The notes beneath the pieces were generated by a model, which saw only the letters and a list, made by a program, of their open reading frames with translations, was not told the origin of the DNA and made no database searches. Shown here in pieces: positions 35,308-41,727 of a stretch of DNA of 41,727 bases. Positions within the stretch are counted from its first letter, which is position 1. Each line of letters starts with the position of its first letter. Origin of the DNA: Saprolegnia diclina VS20 (lineage: Eukaryota); NCBI RefSeq assembly GCF_000281045.1, contig NW_008246149.1, positions 1 to 41,727 of the forward strand, given 5' to 3'. Both the position numbers and the translations under genes were made by a program.

Positions 35308-36570
35308 TTAAGGAGCCGCGTGTCCTTCGACCGTCACGAGTAGCCCGGCGCGTGTCTTCTTGACCTAAACGGACGTCTTGACTCGGAATGCAGCACAAAA
35401 TAGTACCAAGCAACCCCCGATAGTCACGGCCGAGTTGACGCGCATTTGGCCGCGCTTCCATTGCAGCCACAGTGCGAGGACTGACGCCACGCGGGGTGGG
35501 TACTGCTTTCGACCCACGTCACGGACAAGGCGAGACAGCACTAGACATGCAGCGTCGGATGACATTGGTCTTGGCGTTCACCGTACCTCGGATCGCGAGC
35601 TCGTCAAAGAGCGTGGGGTCGGCCACAAATGCGTCGCTCAAGAGCACATGGGCTGGCTGCTTGGTTGCGTACTGTTGTAATAGCATCGTCGCTACACGGA
35701 CAATCAGTGCCTTTGTGAGGACTGGCATAGTACCAGCCTGTTCCAGGTCTGCGTGCGCCTAGAAGCAAATTCAAGGTTCCATGACACATGAATCGTGCAG
35801 GACTACCTCGTCTGCGTGTTCTTGCATCGCAAGCAGCCGCTGCATGACATCGGCATTGCCCGGTGTCGCCTTGAGATCGCGCAGGCCCTAAATGCGTGGC
35901 TCTAGGGTGACGATCCTGCAGCAAAAGTCCGTTCGAAAACCTTGCGGATGCGGATACGGTCAAAGGCGTCCGAGTCGTTGGAAGGGTCTTCGACCCACGG
36001 CATATTGAAGCGATGACACGTGTCCTTCAAGTCGTCCTTCTCAAACGAAAGGAGCGGGCGATAAAGGGGCACGGTGCTGCCCGACGCGATTGGGATGAGA
36101 GCTTTGCCCGGGATGCTAGCGAGGCCGCTCCAGCCGCTGCCGCGGCCAAGGCGCATGAGCAGCGTCTCGGCCTGGTCACCGAGGTTGTGCCCGACAAAGA
36201 GCCCATCGAGCTTCTCGGCGACGCACACCTCGTGAAGCAACTCGTACCGCTTCACACGCGCTTGAACTTGCAGTTGACTCCGTGCAAGCGCCCTGTCTAT
36301 TGGCCAGCGCACCGTATGGATTTGATGGGGCACATGGCATTTGGCGGCCAACGTTCCGACATATCTCGCCTCGTCTGCACTCTCCTTGCGGAGCGCGTGG
36401 TCGACCGTGATCGCAAGCAGCTGCTTGGAGGGCTCGGGGGCCCACTCGCTGAGGAGGCACAGGAGCGACGTGCTGTCGGCGCCGCCCGAGAGCGCGATGG
36501 CGTACCGCCCTGAGGCGACGCCGAGGCGGGCGACCGCGCCGGCGAACGACGCTGGTGTCACGGCTGGCAT
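35308..36570 (-). CDS. tilS: tRNA(Ile)-lysidine synthase (TilS/MesJ, PP-loop ATPase); multi-exon
   Basis: AIALSGGADS, TVDHALRKES, ARVKRY, GHNLGDQAETLLMRLGRGSG, RPLLSFEK, WVEDPSN...RIRIR. The first exon ends at 35941. Downstream exons were read through to ...VEGHAAP* (35308), and this 3' part is less certain. Confidence 0.88.
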
Positions 36571-36706
36571 CTGCTTGCAAATGCAATGTCGATATCGGCC
36601 AATGGCATCGAGCGGCGCATTGGATTGGCTATTTTTTCACGGGAATGGATTTGATTGGCTACATTATGGCAAAAGCTATCTTTGTCGACGCCGTGTCATT
36701 CTTGCG
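36571..36706. promoter_or_regulatory. Compact bidirectional promoter with four CCAAT/ATTGG boxes and an INR-like TCATTC
   Basis: 136-bp head-to-head spacer with CCAAT at 36599, ATTGG at 36619, 36624 and 36654, and tcattc just upstream of ATG 36707. Confidence 0.6.
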
Positions 36707-37201
36707 ATGGAGGCATTGCGGGCCAAGAAGGAAGAGCTCCTATTCGCGCAGAAGGAGCGCGCCGACCGGTTCCACGAGCTACTCACGGGGCCGCACGGGC
36801 TCAACGAAGCCAGCCGAAAGACGTGCAAGAACTTGGAGGCGGCGATCACGGCCTCCAAGAAACCGGGCTACTTCCTCTACTACGAGCAGCCCGATGTCGC
36901 CAAAGCCATCGTAAAGAACGGCGAGCTGCGCAAGCTCCAGTCCGCGATCCTGCAATTGCAGCAAAAAATCGACCAAGTCGACGCCGAGATGGAAGCCCAG
37001 GCAGCCAAAACGTCGGCGCCGGCGGCCACCGAGGTGCAGACGCTCAAGCAGTGGTTCTCGACGTACGGCAGCCCCAAGCCCGTGACGTCTGGTGTCCTCA
37101 CAAGCTTTGCGGCTGACCCTAAAGTCTATGGCGGCACCGAGCACTACTCGGCGTTCAAGTCGCAGTCGCTCACAATGAAGAAAGGGCGGTTGACAAAGTA
37201 G
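36707..37201 (+). CDS. Hypothetical protein, 164 aa, with a central coiled coil; intronless
   Basis: Strong GC3 codon bias like neighbouring genes, heptad-like LRKLQSAILQLQQKIDQVDAEMEAQAA, and a promoter-like spacer upstream. No family recognised. Confidence 0.75.
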   Translation: MEALRAKKEELLFAQKERADRFHELLTGPHGLNEASRKTCKNLEAAITASKKPGYFLYYEQPDVAKAIVKNGELRKLQSAILQLQQKIDQVDAEMEAQAAKTSAPAATEVQTLKQWFSTYGSPKPVTSGVLTSFAADPKVYGGTEHYSAFKSQSLTMKKGRLTK

Positions 37202-37234
37202 TGAAGAAGACAAAAACAAAAGTGGATAAGGCAT

Positions 37235-38596
37235 TTAGATGGTCGAGTACTTGCCGAGGGCGTCAACGTCGCGGAAGTTCTTGCCGGCGTAGACAGCGGC
37301 CTCGCCCATCTCTTCCTCAATGCGGAGGAGCTGGTTGTACTTGGCGAGGCGCTCCGAGCGGCACGGGGCACCCGTCTTGATCTGGCCGGCGCTGAGGCCG
37401 ACGGCGAGGTCCGCAATGAACGAGTCCTCGGTTTCGCCCGAGCGGTGCGAGGCCATGATGCCCCAGCCGGCCTTCTTCGACATGGTCACGGCCTCGATCG
37501 ACTCCCAGATCGAACCGATCTGGTTGACCTTGAGGAGGAGCGCGTTGCACGCCTTGGTCTCAATGGCCTTCTTGACGCGCGTCGGGTTGGTGACCGTGAG
37601 ATCGTCACCGACAATCTGGACATGGTCGCCGACGGCCTCCGTGAACTTGATCCACGAAGCCCAGTCGTCCTGGTCAAAGGGGTCCTCGATCGAGACGATC
37701 GGGCTCGAGTCCTTGCACTGGTCGATGAACGACTTGTACACTTCAATGAGCGCATCGGCCGAGATCTTCTGGTCCTCCGGGGCGTTAGCATCCTTGAAGT
37801 CGAGGTTGTAGCGGGCGTCTTCCTTGCCCGTGTAGAACTCCGAGGCGGCAACATCCATGCCGATGTTGACCTTGTCGGTGTAGCCGGCGTTGGCGATGGC
37901 CTCCTTGATGAGGTTGATGGCCTCGCCGTTCTCGAGAATGTTGGGGGCGAAGCCACCCTCGTCACCGACGGCGGTCGCGTCCAAGCCGTAGCGCTTGTTG
38001 ATGACCTTCTTGAGGTGGTGGTAGACCTCCGAACCGATCTTCATCGACTCGGTGAACGAGGCGGCGCCGACGGGGAGGATCATGAATTCCTGCATGGCGA
38101 GCTTGTTGCCAGCGTGCGAGCCACCGTTGATGATGTTGAACGAGGGCACCGGGAGGCACGGCGTGGGGTTGCCGGCGAGGTCGGCAATGTGCTGCCAGAG
38201 CGGCACGTTCTTGGCGGCGGCACCGGCCTTGCAGACGGCGAGCGAGACGGCGAGGATCGAGTTGGCGCCGAGCTTCTTCTTGCACCAGCCCCATTCGTTC
38301 TGCGTGCCATCGAGGACTTCAACCATGTACTGGTCGATCTCCTTCTGCTCGACTTCGTTCTTGCCGATGAGCGAGGGCGCGATGATCTCGTTGACGTTCT
38401 TGACGGCCGTCAAGACACCCTTGCCCATGTAGTCCTTGCCGCCATCGCGGAGCTCAAGGGCCTCGAACTCGCCGGTCGAGGCGCCCGACGGGACGGCGGC
38501 GCGGAAGAGGCCCTTCTCGGTGACGAGGTCGACCTCGACCGTGGGGTTGCCACGCGAGTCAAAGATCTGACGGGCCTTGATCGACTGGATGGGCAT
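37235..38596 (-). CDS. ENO: Enolase (phosphopyruvate hydratase), 453 aa, intronless
   Basis: [115 protein letters not shown]. Confidence 0.99.
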   Translation of the reverse strand: MPIQSIKARQIFDSRGNPTVEVDLVTEKGLFRAAVPSGASTGEFEALELRDGGKDYMGKGVLTAVKNVNEIIAPSLIGKNEVEQKEIDQYMVEVLDGTQNEWGWCKKKLGANSILAVSLAVCKAGAAAKNVPLWQHIADLAGNPTPCLPVPSFNIINGGSHAGNKLAMQEFMILPVGAASFTESMKIGSEVYHHLKKVINKRYGLDATAVGDEGGFAPNILENGEAINLIKEAIANAGYTDKVNIGMDVAASEFYTGKEDARYNLDFKDANAPEDQKISADALIEVYKSFIDQCKDSSPIVSIEDPFDQDDWASWIKFTEAVGDHVQIVGDDLTVTNPTRVKKAIETKACNALLLKVNQIGSIWESIEAVTMSKKAGWGIMASHRSGETEDSFIADLAVGLSAGQIKTGAPCRSERLAKYNQLLRIEEEMGEAAVYAGKNFRDVDALGKYSTI

Positions 38597-38623
38597 GGTA
38601 GTAGACGACTTGTTTGCGGGAAA

Positions 38624-38640
38624 GCAAATTCGAAAATGAG
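38624..38640 (-). promoter_or_regulatory. Oomycete INR/FPR core-promoter element of enolase
   Basis: The minus strand reads CTCATTTTCGAATTTGC, ~30-45 nt upstream of the ATG. This fits the oomycete initiator plus flanking-promoter-region pattern (TCATTY..AWTTT). Confidence 0.7.
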
Positions 38641-40845
38641 GAATCTGGCTCACCTTGCCCGATTGCCAAACCGTTATTCGCTTAGAAAAGTACACCGGAA
38701 CGACCTGCAAGAGGCGCGCCGCCCGTCGGATTCCCTCGCCTTTAACGCACCCCGCGATGGTTTTATTCACGCCATGCGGTTTTGCATACAAACATCAAAT
38801 GCATTAAATGCCGTAGGAACACAATACAAATCACTTCGTTGCCGATACCAAAATAATACCAACAGACACTTGAACTTGGCTATGCGCCTTGCACTTTTTA
38901 AGCGAATGACCACGGCGCGGATCCCCACATTGCCGTTGCACATCCCTGCGATCCCTCGCCCGCCGCCGTCGACCGGTGCGGGAGAGACCCGAGTGGCGTC
39001 TGCAAGCGATGCATGATCCACGACAAGTCGACGACATGTGAGCGTGTAGGACCAAGCCGACGACGCCGTCGATAAAGCGAAGCAAAAAAGTAGCTTGGGC
39101 GACAGCGTCAAACGCACCCAACTGCGAGCGCCTTCGCATGGGCGCGCCCGGCCATGATTCGCTGCCAGCGCACGCTCCCACTCTCTTTTGCGGTCTTTGT
39201 AAATCCACTGAGGACAAAGAACCGCCGCGCCACAAGAATTTAATGCCACGCACCCAATCTTTATCAAAGGTGTTTTCGAGAAAGGCGGCAGATGCGATCT
39301 GGCATCGCCACGTCAGCAAGCGCAACACGACACGAAGAGCTCTCTGGACGCGACGAGCCGCGATGAGCGCCATTGGCCATCCACGATGAATTGCTTGGAA
39401 GGATGCGGCATCGTGGTCCTCGATTGGATGACGTCGACAGCCGCGCCAAAGGATGCCACCGCACCGTGTCACTCTTGGCCACGAAGGCGAGCGGACAAAG
39501 ACGTGATGGTGGGGTCATTCGCCTCACTTCGACGAGCAAATTGATGCGAGAAGACTATCATGTTCCGTCGCGGCGGCTCCCAAGTGCGATCCGTGGATGG
39601 GTGCCACGGGCAGCGGAACGGAGCTGTCGCAGCGCGTAAATCGTAGCGGTTGAGGATGCCTCGAGTGTACTATGGACTCGGCTGCTCACAAGCAAGTTCG
39701 GGTCCTCGGGGTGGTGCGTAGAAGAAATGCTGCTGCTCGACGACGGCCATGAAGCAGGGCAGCGCGATCGTGTCATGTCATTAGATTCGACGACTCTGAG
39801 TCGACTCCAGCTGAGACGCTGCAGGAAGGGTGATGGGGATGGTTGCGGGCACGGCGACAGCCTACGAACGAGCTTATGGAATGCGTCTGCAAAACAGCGC
39901 CATCACAACGTCTCGCGAAGCTCATTCTCTTTCCACACCAGGTTGGTGGATTGGTGCCATGGTTGGTATTGGCGTCGGGTGCGATAGCGGCAAAAACCTT
40001 GTGAAGTAAGAAGATCCTCTCTGCGGTTGGAGCAAGCAGCTAGTTTGCGCAGGCATTCGTGATGGAGTATGGTTGATGACGAGCTTTAGGCGTCCGCGGT
40101 CTCTTGACATCCGTCCTCGGAGCATATCGCTCGACCGTACGGGGGCTCTGGGGCTCTTTGGCGCACTGTTGGCCGTGGTCTCGTGAGCTCAAGGCAGTGC
40201 GTGGTACCAGCAAGGCGGCAACGATCCAAGGCGTTCAGTGTACTGTTGGGTTGGCTGACGACGACGACGACACGCGACGAGAACGAGCCGTGGGCTCCGC
40301 AGTCTTGACCCGGCGACCAAAGAAAGAGGGATGCTACTAGATTCTCTCGTTTTTGGGCGATGGATCAAATGGCGTCATAATGCTTGCGACCCCGGACGCG
40401 GAAGCATGGCCGCGCGGCACGAAGGCTCATGCATCGTGCGTGCTCGGGGTGGTTTGTCGCTTCAGTCATACCACGCGCCTGCGATCGCGCGGTAGTGCCA
40501 GCAGAGCGATTCGCCCAACCCTCTGCCTTCGCCGTCTACCGTGACGTTGTCTCGTGCTACCTGTACATGGCGATTGAGGCGCATCCCTGTGCAGCTTGGC
40601 GCTGACGCTAGCCGGCAAGGTCATCACGCCGGGTCGACGATACCCAAGATAACTTGGTTTGGTTTCCTCTCGCGTCCTGTGGGCTTCTACCAGCGCAGTA
40701 CAATGTGAGGCAACACGTGCAGCTGCAAGCTCGCAGTGTCGTAAGGGCAACGCCTGGATAGGGTCAGACAGGCATGCGTGTCGTATTAATGGTCGTCGGC
40801 TACTACTGTATGGTCCAAGGCTATCTAATTGAGGAGGTGGTAAAC

Positions 40846-41226
40846 TTACGACGCCGGCGCTTTCGTGCGCGCGGCCTTGAGGGCCTGCGCGATGCGGAAC
40901 CGAGCTTCGCCGCCCTTGACGCCGAGCTCGGCGTAGTTTGTGATGCCCATGAGGTAGTTGTCGAGGCCGCCGACCTTGTCCACGCAGCGCATCGTGTGCG
41001 TCGTGACGTTGAGGCCGATCATCTCGTCGAGCGCCTCGCTGTACAGGTGCTTCCACTGGTGGTTGACCTTCCACGACCGGCGCGTCTTGCGCTGCGAGAA
41101 GGACACGTTGTTGCCGAAGCGCTTGTCCTTGCCGCCAAAGAGGCCGCGGGCCGCGCGCCCAGAGACATGCTGCGGCTGCGCAGCGCGGCTGAAGCTCTGG
41201 AGCAGGAACGAGATGGACGAGCTCAT
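40846..41226 (-). CDS. MRPL28: Mitochondrial ribosomal protein bL28 (L28 family), 126 aa
   Basis: RGLFGGKDKRFGNNVSFSQRKTRRSWKVN...LYSEAL...VTTHTMRCVDKVGGLDNYL. The Ser/Arg-rich, acid-free N-terminus (MSSSISFLLQSFSRAA) resembles a mitochondrial presequence. Confidence 0.9.
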   Translation of the reverse strand: MSSSISFLLQSFSRAAQPQHVSGRAARGLFGGKDKRFGNNVSFSQRKTRRSWKVNHQWKHLYSEALDEMIGLNVTTHTMRCVDKVGGLDNYLMGITNYAELGVKGGEARFRIAQALKAARTKAPAS

Positions 41227-41632
41227 GCTGGAAGGTTTTCTTGCTGTGGCCGTCCAGTGATTTTGGCCGCCCAATCCCGTCACACTCGATACAACAATCC
41301 ATCCAATTTCAGAGGTTTCCGCTGGGGAAATTAACTCGTATCGCTCTTCATCAGTGCCTAAATGTGTCCCTGGGAGGCTCGGTGGGTTGCCGACTCTGAC
41401 CCGATTATTGCTGAGAACCACGATGCCCGCACACAGGCACAGATCGAGAGACGCACTGGGCCAGAGAGACTTGGTCAAGTATTACTAGAACTACTACTAG
41501 TACCGGTATCGACCATTATATAGTAGCTGCGCGTGAAATAAGAATGGGAAAGGATATACTGGTATTCGACATCGACAATCGCCCACACCATCTGGTTTGA
41601 AGTAGTGTGCTACGTGTATTAGTGTTATATAC

Positions 41633-41727
41633 CTCGAGAGTTTCTTCTTGGTCTCTATGGCGCGCTTGTAAAACTTGGCGTCTTTCTCCGCTTGGGCGCG
41701 TCGCTGCTCGTCAATGTACTCTTGCTG
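41633..41727 (-). CDS. Probable 3' portion of a gene entering from beyond the right edge
   Basis: The minus frame reads QQEYIDEQRRAQAEKDAKFYKRAIETKKKLS with coding-like codon use, followed by an AT-rich, possibly intronic GTATAT. Product unknown. Confidence 0.45.

Noticed and set aside
37445..39016. 523-aa antisense ORF over enolase
   Set aside because: Typical mirror ORF of a highly biased, highly expressed gene.
23418..41226. A functional cluster of translation or mitochondrial genes (AlaX, TilS, MRPL28) or of signalling genes (TRRAP, NPRL2, FCP1)
   Set aside because: The genes are interspersed with unrelated ones in mixed orientation. Nothing in the sequence supports more than ordinary housekeeping neighbourhood.
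1..41727. tRNA or rRNA genes, CRISPR arrays, transposase or reverse-transcriptase ORFs
   Set aside because: No cloverleaf, rRNA-like sequence, spaced repeat array or mobile-element protein motif was visible by eye.

Overview
Eukaryotic, gene-dense, GC-rich DNA with very short GT-AG introns (about 40-55 nt) and an oomycete-type INR/FPR core promoter. It is most consistent with an oomycete, probably Saprolegniales (inference). Bases 1-4400 are an accessory block: two tandem ~2.1 kb copies, separated by a 100-N assembly gap, of an ankyrin-repeat ORF followed by an uncharacterised ORF. Copy 1 is clearly disrupted and copy 2 may be. The rest is mostly conserved housekeeping genes: a single-repeat Myb protein, malate synthase, TRRAP/Tra1 (~4390 aa), an AlaX/AARSD1-type tRNA-editing protein, a Tubby-like protein, NPRL2, an FCP1-type CTD phosphatase, a divergent kinesin, TilS, a small orphan coiled-coil protein, enolase, mitochondrial ribosomal protein bL28, and a probable gene end at the right edge. 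I found no tRNA, rRNA, CRISPR array or recognisable transposon, and no convincing multi-gene novel system. The best leads are the ankyrin/partner unit with an ATGA overlap, a Tubby intron that mimics the following exon, a kinesin with eroded switch I/II motifs, and a triple Gln/Ala-rich repeat inside TRRAP. Exon boundaries were read by eye and need RNA-seq confirmation.
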